From a virus (Duplodnaviria > Caudoviricetes): DNA of 64,000 nucleotides. The position numbers were made by a program, and so were the translations under genes. Shown in pieces: positions 8,072 to 16,430 of this stretch (its first letter is position 1; each line of letters starts with the position of its first letter). Below the pieces are notes generated by a model. The model was not told the origin of the DNA and ran no database searches. It saw only the letters and a program-made list of their open reading frames with translations. The stretch lies in IMG/VR virus record IMGVR_UViG_3300033414_000001, positions 1-64,000 of that record. The stretch is one strand, 5' to 3'.

Positions 8072-8158
8072 CACTGCGGTGCCTGGTGATGCGATGACGC
8101 GCTACGAGTTGACGGAAACGATCCAGGATCTTTCCTCAGAGGGAAACAACCCCGCGTT

Positions 8159-8857
8159 ATGACGCACATCCCCGGCTGTATTCGTTCGCTCTCCCTGTCC
8201 CCAGAGCCTCGCTGGCCAGTGGCGTTGCGCAATACCAGGGCGCTCCACGGCGTGCTCACTGCGTTGGCCGGCCGGCCTCACATGCCGAACATGCCGAACT
8301 TCGCTCTTCTCCCATGGCCGCACGATGGCGGATGTCTCGGCTGGGCAGTCCAATGGTTCGACGAACGCGACGCGCGGCTTTCCGGGTCGCATCATGTGTC
8401 GATCTTCAACGAGCCTCGGGTCCTGACGCTCGGGCAGGCAATCGGGCATCGCGTCCCGGCGCGACCCGAGGAGCGTTCGCACTTGATGTGTCTCGACACC
8501 ATCACGCCCATCGTCATTCGACGGACCGTCGATAAGCGCACCGTCCATCATGACTCCCCGGACGATGCGTGCCTGGTGTCAGCCCTCTCGTGCTCTTCGG
8601 CGGTCACGCTGGTGACCGGGAAGCTGGAGCACCCTCTATGGCTACGCATCGTAGGCGGGAAGACCTCGCCGCAGAGCGTGCCCGTAGGCGGCAACTGGGG
8701 CGGGGATTCGCGGGTGCGTGGCTTCGGCGGCCGGCTGCTGCTGGAGGTCGACGGCTACACGCGGTGGAGACTGGAGATCGCGCAGCTCATGGGGCTCGGG
8801 GGGCGCGTGTCGTTGGGGTTTGGGCGGTTCCGCGTCCGAGAGGTAGCGCGGCAGTGA
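8159..8857 (+). CDS. cas6: Cas6-family RAMP endoribonuclease
   Basis: C-terminal G-rich loop GLGGRVSLGFG (GhGxxxxxGhG with Arg), N-terminal LHG helix, TITPIVIR strand; heads the csf operon. Confidence 0.8.
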   Translation: MTHIPGCIRSLSLSPEPRWPVALRNTRALHGVLTALAGRPHMPNMPNFALLPWPHDGGCLGWAVQWFDERDARLSGSHHVSIFNEPRVLTLGQAIGHRVPARPEERSHLMCLDTITPIVIRRTVDKRTVHHDSPDDACLVSALSCSSAVTLVTGKLEHPLWLRIVGGKTSPQSVPVGGNWGGDSRVRGFGGRLLLEVDGYTRWRLEIAQLMGLGGRVSLGFGRFRVREVARQ

Positions 8858-9930
8858 TATCCGCTCCGAGGCTGGTGCACGAATACTGTAGCGCTCCGCC
8901 GGCAGATCTGGGCATTCCGGTCCCGGCCGCCGAACCGTGTTGGTTGTGCGGTGGTGAGATGGAGCGCGGCGTTCCGGTGGACGATTGGATGGGCGCGACG
9001 TTCACCAACCAGAACAAGATTCGCTCTCCCACTTCCAGTCACATTTGCGAAGCGTGCGTGTTCGTGACGGCGCGGTTCTCGCCGGTGCCGGGCAAGCCTC
9101 CGGCCGAGGGCAAGAAGGAAGGGCCTCGCTTTTCGAATCTCTCCCATCTTTGGGAGCGGGCGCCGGACGGGGCGATCGCCTATCGCGCTGCGAGCAAGGG
9201 CGAGAAGCCGGTCATCCTGGAGTTCCTGCGGCGTCCGCACGCGGGCGAGTGGTTCGCGGCCGTCGCCGACACCGGCCAGAAGCACGTGCTGCCATGGACT
9301 CCGATCAATCCGGCCGGCGCGCGGCCGGGACGGGTGCTCTTCGAGGAGCTCGCCATCACGCTCCCGCCCTCGTTCGGCCTGGTAGATGAGATCGCGGCGC
9401 TGCTCACAGCCGGCGCGACGAAGGAGGAAGTCGGCCGGGGCGACTACACGGCATGGAGTTGGACGCGTTGCCCGCGCGAGGTCGAGGCGTTCGAGCGTCA
9501 GCACGGTGCCAAGCGCGGGTCGTCGTGGTGGGCGCTCGCCCTGTGGCTGGCGCAGCGGGACGAAGAAGCAGTGAAGATCCGGGAGGAGCAGGAGAAGGCC
9601 GCCAGGGCGGCGAGGAGGACGCGTGCTGACAGCAGCAGATCGGGACAGCCTCATGCAGGCCACGGTGCAGGTGCTCGACGACCTGCGAAGCGAATACCTC
9701 GGGACGCCGGGGGCGAACATCCTGAGGCACTGGGACCAGATTCAGGACCGGGCGCGAATGGCGGCGCGAACCAGCTCGACGCCGGAGGAGTGGATCACGT
9801 CGCTCAGCCGCAGCCTCAAGCTCCCGGCGCCGGGCAGCTATCTCTCTCGCTCGGCGGAGCGCCTGACGAAGGCGATCGACGCGGTGGGGCCCCGCGGCGC
9901 CCGCGACTGGCTCGACCTCATGGAGCGTGA
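8854..9930 (+). CDS. csf1: Type IV large subunit Csf1 (Cas8-like)
   Basis: GTG start overlapping the cas6 stop; Zn finger CWLCGG...GATFTNQNKI...SHICEAC; ADTGQKHVLPWTPIN. Confidence 0.8.
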   Translation: MISAPRLVHEYCSAPPADLGIPVPAAEPCWLCGGEMERGVPVDDWMGATFTNQNKIRSPTSSHICEACVFVTARFSPVPGKPPAEGKKEGPRFSNLSHLWERAPDGAIAYRAASKGEKPVILEFLRRPHAGEWFAAVADTGQKHVLPWTPINPAGARPGRVLFEELAITLPPSFGLVDEIAALLTAGATKEEVGRGDYTAWSWTRCPREVEAFERQHGAKRGSSWWALALWLAQRDEEAVKIREEQEKAARAARRTRADSSRSGQPHAGHGAGARRPAKRIPRDAGGEHPEALGPDSGPGANGGANQLDAGGVDHVAQPQPQAPGAGQLSLSLGGAPDEGDRRGGAPRRPRLARPHGA

Positions 9931-9991
9931 GTACTCGCACCTCATGGCGCTGACGCGGCTGAAGGCCGAAACCCGCAAGGAGGCAAAGTAA
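9623..9991 (+). CDS. cas11: Type IV-B small subunit Cas11
   Basis: 122-aa all-helical protein between csf1 and csf2 (HWDQIQDRARMAARTS); GAGGAGG RBS before GTG. Confidence 0.7.
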   Translation: MLTAADRDSLMQATVQVLDDLRSEYLGTPGANILRHWDQIQDRARMAARTSSTPEEWITSLSRSLKLPAPGSYLSRSAERLTKAIDAVGPRGARDWLDLMEREYSHLMALTRLKAETRKEAK

Positions 9992-10974
9992 TGGAGCAGC
10001 TCAGGTACGAGTTCGTGTTGTCGGCGCAGTCCCCGATCGCTCACCACTCCGAGGTGTTCGGGAACAACGCCGTGTTGATGGACCGCAAGATCCGCCAGCG
10101 TGACGGATCGTTCGTGCGGGTCCCCATCATCACGGCCGACACCATGCGTCACGGCATGCGCGAGGCCGCAGCCTACGCGCTGCTCGATGCCGCCGGCATT
10201 CTCAATGCGGGCGGGCTCGGGGAGGCGGCGCTGCGACTGCTCTTCGCGGGCGGTATGGTGACGGGGCGCGGGGATGCTGGCGTGATCTCCCTGGAGCAGT
10301 ACCGCCGGATGTCCGACCTCATCCCCTCGATCGCGCTCTTCGGCGGGTGCGCCGACAATCGCGTGATTCCCGGCCGGCTCTTCGTTGACGACGCGCAGCT
10401 CGTGTGCTCGGAGACGGCTCACGCCTTGCCGGGCTGGGCCTCGGCATGGCTCGCGGAGCAAAAGACGACGCTCGACACGTCGCGGGCTCACGTCGAGGAG
10501 GTTCAGCGCGTCCGGATGGATCCGACGCTCGACCCGGGAAAGCGCAAGCTCCTGTCCGGAGGCGCCGAGGTCGAGGTGGTGCGGCGTCTCACGGCTTCGG
10601 AGGAGGGGCACGTCTCCGGGTCGGCCGTGACGATCGAGGACTCGAAGTCGTCGATGATGCCGCGTCGCTTCGAGACGCTGGTGCAGGGTTCGTTCCTCTA
10701 CTGGAGCGTTCACGCGACGTGCTATTCCGAGCTGGATCGCGACACCTTCCACGTCGCCCTCGCATCGTTCCTGGCCAACGCGCAAGTGGGCGGGAAGCGC
10801 GGGACCGGGCACGGCCGTCTGCGGGTCGAGACGGCGCGGGACGTGGCGGTGAGGCGGCCCGCCGAGCAGACCAATGTGCTCGACCTCGGGAAGAAGATGG
10901 GGACCACCTTCCTGGATCACGTCCGGAAGAACGCGACGGAGATCGCGGCCTACCTCGCCTCGGTGAACGCATGA
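9991..10974 (+). CDS. csf2: Type IV backbone subunit Csf2 (Cas7 group)
   Basis: SPIAH, VPIITADTMRHGMRE, LLFAGG, IPSIALFGG, IPGRLFV, GGKRGTGHG motifs. Confidence 0.92.
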   Translation: MEQLRYEFVLSAQSPIAHHSEVFGNNAVLMDRKIRQRDGSFVRVPIITADTMRHGMREAAAYALLDAAGILNAGGLGEAALRLLFAGGMVTGRGDAGVISLEQYRRMSDLIPSIALFGGCADNRVIPGRLFVDDAQLVCSETAHALPGWASAWLAEQKTTLDTSRAHVEEVQRVRMDPTLDPGKRKLLSGGAEVEVVRRLTASEEGHVSGSAVTIEDSKSSMMPRRFETLVQGSFLYWSVHATCYSELDRDTFHVALASFLANAQVGGKRGTGHGRLRVETARDVAVRRPAEQTNVLDLGKKMGTTFLDHVRKNATEIAAYLASVNA

Positions 10975-11630
10975 TCCCGCTCGCCGTCACCGCCCACCTG
11001 GCCGGCGGGATCGCGCTTCCCTCGGGCGCGCTCGCCCTCGATGCGCTGCTGATGGCGGCCGTCGCTCTGCGGGACGGCCTGCCTCCTCTGTCGATCGGCC
11101 AGGAGCGCCCCGAGATCTCGATCCCAATCGAGAAGGAGCCCCGGGGGCGCTTCCACCTCGCCAGCTTCGCCGTGGCTGACTGGGAGGAGCACGAGTTACG
11201 GTACGTGAACAAACGTTTCCCCGTCGCAGAAGCGCAGGCCCTGGCCGGCCCGAAGTTCCGACGCATCCAGATCACCGCCGGCCCGTGCAAGAGCCACCGC
11301 ATTCCCATGGAGACCGGCCACCTCCGCGGTGACGCACTCCGGTGGTGGTGCCTAGGGGAGGCCGAGCCGATCCGAGACCTGCTCGGCCTGGTGAGCCACC
11401 TGGGGAAGCGCCGCGGGGTGGGGCTGGGGCGTGTAGCGGAATGGCACGTTGAGCCCGCAGAGCCATGGCCTGGATTCCCGATCCTGCGGGATGGTCTTCC
11501 GCTCCGCTATCTTCCGCCCGATTGGCCGGGGCTCGCGTCACCTCCTCCGCTCGGATACGCCGTGCTGTCGCCGCCCTACTGGGAGCGCATGCGAGAGGAG
11601 CTGTGCGCGGTACCTGAGGCGATGCCATGA
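10971..11630 (+). CDS. csf3: Type IV Csf3 (Cas5 group)
   Basis: ALDALL, HLGKRRGVGLGRV, C-terminal PPYW; ATGA-coupled to csf2. Confidence 0.88.
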   Translation: MIPLAVTAHLAGGIALPSGALALDALLMAAVALRDGLPPLSIGQERPEISIPIEKEPRGRFHLASFAVADWEEHELRYVNKRFPVAEAQALAGPKFRRIQITAGPCKSHRIPMETGHLRGDALRWWCLGEAEPIRDLLGLVSHLGKRRGVGLGRVAEWHVEPAEPWPGFPILRDGLPLRYLPPDWPGLASPPPLGYAVLSPPYWERMREELCAVPEAMP

Positions 11631-12481
11631 TGCCCAACGGAAAGGAGGTGAGCGAATGGCCAAGGGGAAAGGAAAGGGCGGAGGGAAGGGAACTGGCTCC
11701 GGCGGCAACGGAGGCGGCCGATAGGCCGCAGTCAGCGCTGCGCCCGGAAGATCTGGTCTGGGCGCAGCTCGCCACCTTCCGGCGAAAGGTGGAACGCAGC
11801 CTGGAGGCAATCCGCAAGGCCGCGGCGATCGGGCCCGTCGGAGTCGCCTTTTCTGGGGGCAAGGACAGCACAGTGACGCTCGACTTGGTGCGGCAGGTCG
11901 TTCCGGGTGCGCCCGCAGGCTTCTTCGATTCGGGCTGCGAGCTGGAGTCCACGATGGATCTGGTGCGCCGATCCGGAGCCGAGATCGTCACGCCGCGCCT
12001 CAGCATGCTGGAGATGGCGCGCTACGCGGGGTGGTGGGAGTACGAGAAGCCCGTCGACGCTGGGTGCCCGTTCGACGCCAAGCACATCGTCATCCAGGAG
12101 CCCAGCGAAACCTTCGTGGTTCGCCGCGGGCTGCGCTGCATCGCTACTGGGCTACGCGCAGAGGAAAGCGGAGCGCGAGCGCGCAACGCCTCCTCCCGCG
12201 GTGAGCTGTACCAAGGCGCGGATCGTACCTGGTACTGTGCGCCGCTTGCCTTCTGGCGCATCGCTGACGTGTGGGCGCACATCGCGAGCCGGAAGCTGGA
12301 CTACAACTCAGCATACGATCGGATGTCCGAGGCTGGAGTGCCGCGCGAGTCGCAGCGAGTCGCCACGCTATTGGGCGACCGCGGATCGGGGATGGGTCGG
12401 CACGCGTGGCTTCGCATGTCTGAGCCGAGTAGATGGCGGGAGATAGTGCGCGAATTCCCGGGCATCGCCAGGCTTTCCTGA
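11627..12481 (+). CDS. cysH: CysH/PAPS-reductase-like protein (type IV-B associated)
   Basis: PP-loop VAFSGGKDSTV, TGLRAEES, PLAFWRIADVWAHI; true start uncertain (11627 or a later codon such as CTG 11738). Confidence 0.88.
   Translation: MMPNGKEVSEWPRGKERAEGRELAPAATEAADRPQSALRPEDLVWAQLATFRRKVERSLEAIRKAAAIGPVGVAFSGGKDSTVTLDLVRQVVPGAPAGFFDSGCELESTMDLVRRSGAEIVTPRLSMLEMARYAGWWEYEKPVDAGCPFDAKHIVIQEPSETFVVRRGLRCIATGLRAEESGARARNASSRGELYQGADRTWYCAPLAFWRIADVWAHIASRKLDYNSAYDRMSEAGVPRESQRVATLLGDRGSGMGRHAWLRMSEPSRWREIVREFPGIARLS
11656..11724 (+). CDS. 22-aa Gly/Lys-rich micro-ORF MAKGKGKGGGKGTGSGGNGGGR
   Basis: AAAGGAGGTGA (11641-11651) Shine-Dalgarno 4 nt before ATG; out of frame within the cysH 5' region. 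Confidence 0.5.
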   Translation: MAKGKGKGGGKGTGSGGNGGGR

Positions 12482-12492
12482 CCATCAAGATC

Positions 12493-13992
12493 GTGACCCC
12501 TGACACACAACTCCGATCTCTCCGGCAGCGCGCCGTCCAAGCTCGCGTCGCCCGTGTGCGGCTCGCGCGAGAGGATCCCAATACCTTTGCGCAGTTCGTG
12601 ATGCGAGACGAGGAGACCGGATCACCGATCCGGCAGGCCCCGACGCACATCGCATGGCATGACCTAGCCTCGACGTATCGCAACCTACTGGTGTGGTCGC
12701 ACGTGGAGGCGGGCAAGACCATTCAACTGTCGGTCACTCGCCCATTATGGGAGCTGGGCCGCGACCCCACGCTTCGGGTCGCCATCCTGTCGAACACTAG
12801 CGGCCAGGCGGTCAAGATCGGCAGGCTGATAGCCAAGTACATCGAGGAGTCGGAGGAGCTGCACGCCGTATTCCCGGATCTTGTCCCGGACCCCGACCCC
12901 AAGAGCCCCTGGAACACCACCAATCTCACGGTCAAGCGCAAGACCCGCTCCAAGGACCCGAGCATTCAGATCTTGGGCGTGCACGGCAACGTGCTTGGAT
13001 CACGAATCGATCTGCTCATTGTCGATGACATCCTCGACCGCGAGAACACGCTCACTCCGAAGGCGCGCAACGATCTGTGGTCCTGGTATCAGGCCACAGT
13101 GGTCGGGCGTCTGTCGTCCCGCTCTCGCGTGATCGTGGTGGGCAACGCGTGGCACCCAGGCAGCACCCAGGACCCGGGCGATCTCATGCACCGGCTGGCG
13201 CGCATGGCCGGGTGGAAGGCCGTTCGCTACCCGGTGATGGACGAGAGGGGCGCGCCGCGCTGGCCGGAGCGATGGCCGACAGAGCGCATTGATTACCGCC
13301 GCGGCGAGATGATCCCGGAAGAGTTCGCCCGACAGATGATGTGCGTGGCCCGCGACGACAGCAGCTCGCGATTCCGGGCGGAGTGGATCGAGCGCTGTCT
13401 GCGCAACGGGGACGGGCTCAAGCTCGCATGGGGTTTCGATGCCGCCAAGGTGCCGGGCTGTAGAACGTACACGGGCGTGGATCTGGGCGTTGGTCATCAG
13501 AAGTCGGACCTGACCTGCCTATTCCACATCGCGGTGATGCCGGACGAGTCGCGACGCATCCTGGGCGTCGAGTCGGGGCGGTGGCAGGCGCCCGAGGTGC
13601 GCGATCGGATCATCGACGCCCATCGGCGCTACGACAGCATCCTGGTGGTCGAGAACAATGGGTTCCAGGATTTCCTCGTGCAGCTCATCCGGAGTTCCAC
13701 CGCAATCCCCATCATCGCGTTCACCACGGGGCGCAACAAGGCCGACCCCAATTTCGGCATCGAATCCATGGCGGTCGAGCTGGCGAACGGGAAGTGGATC
13801 ATCCCGAACGAGGAGAGGCGCCCGCACAAGGAGATCGAGGCGTGGATCTCGGAGTTGCTCTATTACGATCCGAACTCACACGCTGGCGATCGACTGATGG
13901 CGTCCTGGTTTGCTACATGGGGCGCGCGCAAGGGAGGATCGGCAGGCGGACCGACGATCGAAAGCGGGCCGCTCGATACGCTGCGGAGGTGA
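12493..13992 (+). CDS. terL: Terminase large subunit
   Basis: Walker A-like HVEAGKT, Walker B LLIVDD, coupling GNAWH, nuclease YTGVDLG, VENNGFQ, DRLMASW. Confidence 0.93.
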   Translation: MTPDTQLRSLRQRAVQARVARVRLAREDPNTFAQFVMRDEETGSPIRQAPTHIAWHDLASTYRNLLVWSHVEAGKTIQLSVTRPLWELGRDPTLRVAILSNTSGQAVKIGRLIAKYIEESEELHAVFPDLVPDPDPKSPWNTTNLTVKRKTRSKDPSIQILGVHGNVLGSRIDLLIVDDILDRENTLTPKARNDLWSWYQATVVGRLSSRSRVIVVGNAWHPGSTQDPGDLMHRLARMAGWKAVRYPVMDERGAPRWPERWPTERIDYRRGEMIPEEFARQMMCVARDDSSSRFRAEWIERCLRNGDGLKLAWGFDAAKVPGCRTYTGVDLGVGHQKSDLTCLFHIAVMPDESRRILGVESGRWQAPEVRDRIIDAHRRYDSILVVENNGFQDFLVQLIRSSTAIPIIAFTTGRNKADPNFGIESMAVELANGKWIIPNEERRPHKEIEAWISELLYYDPNSHAGDRLMASWFATWGARKGGSAGGPTIESGPLDTLRR

Positions 13993-14064
13993 CGCCCCGG
14001 GAGCGGCGGGCGCCACCTCCCGATCGTTACCAGCCGTCGCCGTCGCCGTCGTAGCCCAGCAACC

Positions 14065-15120
14065 ATGGCGCACGAACGCGCAATAGTCAAGGTCCTCTTG
14101 ACGATCGCGCGCGGAGGGCGTAGGGGATGGGGGATGGAACTTCGATCTATCCGGGAGTGGGTGTCAGAATGGACGTTCACAGCGAGAAGCGTCGCCTTCT
14201 TCGTTGTCGTCCTCTTGATCTTCCGGCCAGGCGACGGAGAGTACGCGCAGCCGACGTGGCCCCGCGTTGGAATGCTTCTCGCCGTTGCCTGGCTGGGATG
14301 GATGTGCGCGGGCAAGTCCTTTGCCAAGAGCGCGACACCAATGGTTACGAGTACGTGTCGTGCGCGTTGCGAGCGCGCGATGAAGTACGATCCGAAAGAT
14401 CCCCCCGCGCCCCCGGAGCCGGTTGGGGCGCCTGCGCAGGACAGACCTGAGCCTGTTGATGGTTCGACCTCATCGACTGGAGACGCGAGGGTGTTGGTTG
14501 CCGAGTCGGAGGCGCCGATCGTTGAACTGGAGCGGGAGATAGCGAAATGCGCTACCCGCGCCTTCAACATCGTAGAGACGAAGCAGATCGAAGCGTCTCG
14601 CGATCTGCTTCGGAACGTCGTGCATGAAATATCTCGAATTCTCTACGAGGCGGGCGGCCCCAGCGCGCTTCACGTTGGCCTCCCTCAGGCCGTCGCCGCC
14701 CTGGTCGCTAGGCGAGACGCCGCAATAGCGAAGTTGACTGAGGCGCGCGCCGACGGCCGCCGCGAGGGGCTGGAGGAGGCGGAACAGATCTGCATAAGGG
14801 TGATGACGGCGCGATGGGCGTTTGAGGATCGCCCTCCTGCGCATCCGCCAAAAGCGGTCAATCTCGCTGCGGTGTGCGTAGACAACATCCATGCCATCAT
14901 CGCCTCGCCGCCCCAAGAGGACTCCGGAGCGCGCTGCGCGATGTGCGGCGCCTCCAGACACCCCGATAATCGACTTCTGGAAGCCTATCTAGCACTTCTC
15001 GCGGCGGGCGAGCGCATCGGCATCGCGGCTCGCGTCAGCCTCGCGCACGGCATCGCCGTCTTGACTGCCGAGCGGGACGTCGCGGTGTCGGAGTTGGCCG
15101 CAGCCAGGAGCGCCCGATGA
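14065..15120 (+). CDS. Hypothetical protein (possible alternative start ATG 14380)
   Basis: Long ORF with hydrophobic N-terminus and coiled-coil body; ATGA overlap downstream. Confidence 0.5.
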   Translation: MAHERAIVKVLLTIARGGRRGWGMELRSIREWVSEWTFTARSVAFFVVVLLIFRPGDGEYAQPTWPRVGMLLAVAWLGWMCAGKSFAKSATPMVTSTCRARCERAMKYDPKDPPAPPEPVGAPAQDRPEPVDGSTSSTGDARVLVAESEAPIVELEREIAKCATRAFNIVETKQIEASRDLLRNVVHEISRILYEAGGPSALHVGLPQAVAALVARRDAAIAKLTEARADGRREGLEEAEQICIRVMTARWAFEDRPPAHPPKAVNLAAVCVDNIHAIIASPPQEDSGARCAMCGASRHPDNRLLEAYLALLAAGERIGIAARVSLAHGIAVLTAERDVAVSELAAARSAR

Positions 15121-15380
15121 AATGCGCCGGCCCGAAGTGCAAGCGAGACGCGAAGCTCGGCAAGTTCTGCGGTGGACACTACCGGCAGCTCCGGAGGGCG
15201 GCGCAGAGGGGAGCGGAGCGGCCGGAGAAGGAACTGAAACCTCTCCGGATCGGGAGAGGCGTGAAGCTCGCGGGCCTCACGGTGTCGGAGGCGTGCGCGA
15301 AGGCGCTGGCGGCGAGAGGGCCGACGACGTACGAGGCGGCGAAGGGCGTGCTGGAGGCATGGGCGAGGAGGAAGACGTGA
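15117..15380 (+). CDS. Zn-ribbon plus RHH-like small DNA-binding protein
   Basis: CAGPKC...KFCGGHYRQLRR then LTVSEACAKAL; architecture like 1903-2409. Confidence 0.6.
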   Translation: MKCAGPKCKRDAKLGKFCGGHYRQLRRAAQRGAERPEKELKPLRIGRGVKLAGLTVSEACAKALAARGPTTYEAAKGVLEAWARRKT

Positions 15381-15612
15381 TGCGAATCCACAACGTGCGG
15401 CTCGGGCTGGCAACGAATAGTTCCAGCAGTCACTCAATCATTTTGGGGCGCGGGCTCAGCGACGTGACCCCGGAGTGCGGCCCGGAAGCGTATGGCTGGG
15501 ACAACTTCGTCCTAGCCTCCAAGGAAGCAAAGATGGGTAGTGGGTCAGTTTGAAAATCCCTGAGCCCCGGCCGCGCTAGCGCCGGGCGGTCCCGCCGTGC
15601 TACGCAAGGGCC

Positions 15613-15864
15613 ATGCCTAAGCGTTCAAGCAAGAAGAGACTACCAACCGACCCGAACCAACTGGCGGCGGCGATCGTCGCCCAGGCCACCGCCGAGCCGG
15701 TCACCCAGCCGACGGGCGAGCCCGAGAAGAACCCCGCCGCCGTAGCCCTCGGCAAGTTGGGCGGGAAGAAGGGTGGACCGGCCCGCGCCAAGGCGCTCAC
15801 CAAGAAGCGGCGCGCGGAGATCGCGAAGAAGGCGGCGAAGGCGAGGTGGGGCGCCAAAACGTAG
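15613..15864 (+). CDS. Small basic accessory protein typical of IS1-like elements
   Basis: DPNQLAAAIV...KNPAAVALGKLGGKKGGPARAKAL...IAKKAAKARW. Confidence 0.8.
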   Translation: MPKRSSKKRLPTDPNQLAAAIVAQATAEPVTQPTGEPEKNPAAVALGKLGGKKGGPARAKALTKKRRAEIAKKAAKARWGAKT

Positions 15865-15970
15865 ACGTCACCTATGTTCAGGCACGCGCGGTCTGCGGAC
15901 TTTCCGTAAAGCCGTACTGTTCGGCCCCCGCTAGGTTGACGAGTCTGCGGAGATTCGGTACTTAGTCTGC

Positions 15971-16384
15971 GTGACGACCGCAGACAGAGTTGCCAGGATC
16001 CGTTTTCTGGCTCGCCATCTCGACGAATTGGAGGCCCAAGCCCAGGCCCTGGGCAACCAGATCACTGAGGCAGCCCAAGAGCTGGAAGCGCTCGCGGGGG
16101 CCTCTGTCCAGGCCCCTAAGCCATCCACTGCTGCGGGGGCCAGCGGGGAGTCTGGGCTTGCGCCAGGCACGGAGAGAGCGGAGCGGCAGAGCAAGGCTGC
16201 AACTGCCCTGGAAGCCATTTCCAAGAACAACAAGCTCACCTACGCCGAGCTGTCTGTGTTGCTCTATGGAGACGACACAGATGACAACAAGAGCAAGGCG
16301 CGGAGCGTAATCTACTTCCTGACGAAGAAGGCCAATAAACTCCGCGGGGGGCCCGGAGCGTGGGAGATCACTAGAGATGGATAG
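15971..16384 (+). CDS. Passenger gene, coiled coil plus winged-helix-like domain
   Basis: TTGACG-17 bp-TACTTA upstream; GTCTGCG repeats around the start. Confidence 0.65.
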   Translation: MTTADRVARIRFLARHLDELEAQAQALGNQITEAAQELEALAGASVQAPKPSTAAGASGESGLAPGTERAERQSKAATALEAISKNNKLTYAELSVLLYGDDTDDNKSKARSVIYFLTKKANKLRGGPGAWEITRDG

Positions 16385-16430
16385 ACGAAGGGCCCCGGAG
16401 TCATGACCTCCGAGGCCCTTCAAGATAAGC

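Noticed and set aside
3772-8113. 13-bp identity GCTACGAGTTGAC at 3772 and 8101
   Set aside because: Many 13-bp matches are expected by chance in 64 kb of high-GC DNA
11627-12481. cysH as an auxiliary sulfur-assimilation gene
   Set aside because: No other cys genes and direct coupling to csf3; the context matches the IV-B-associated CysH-like family
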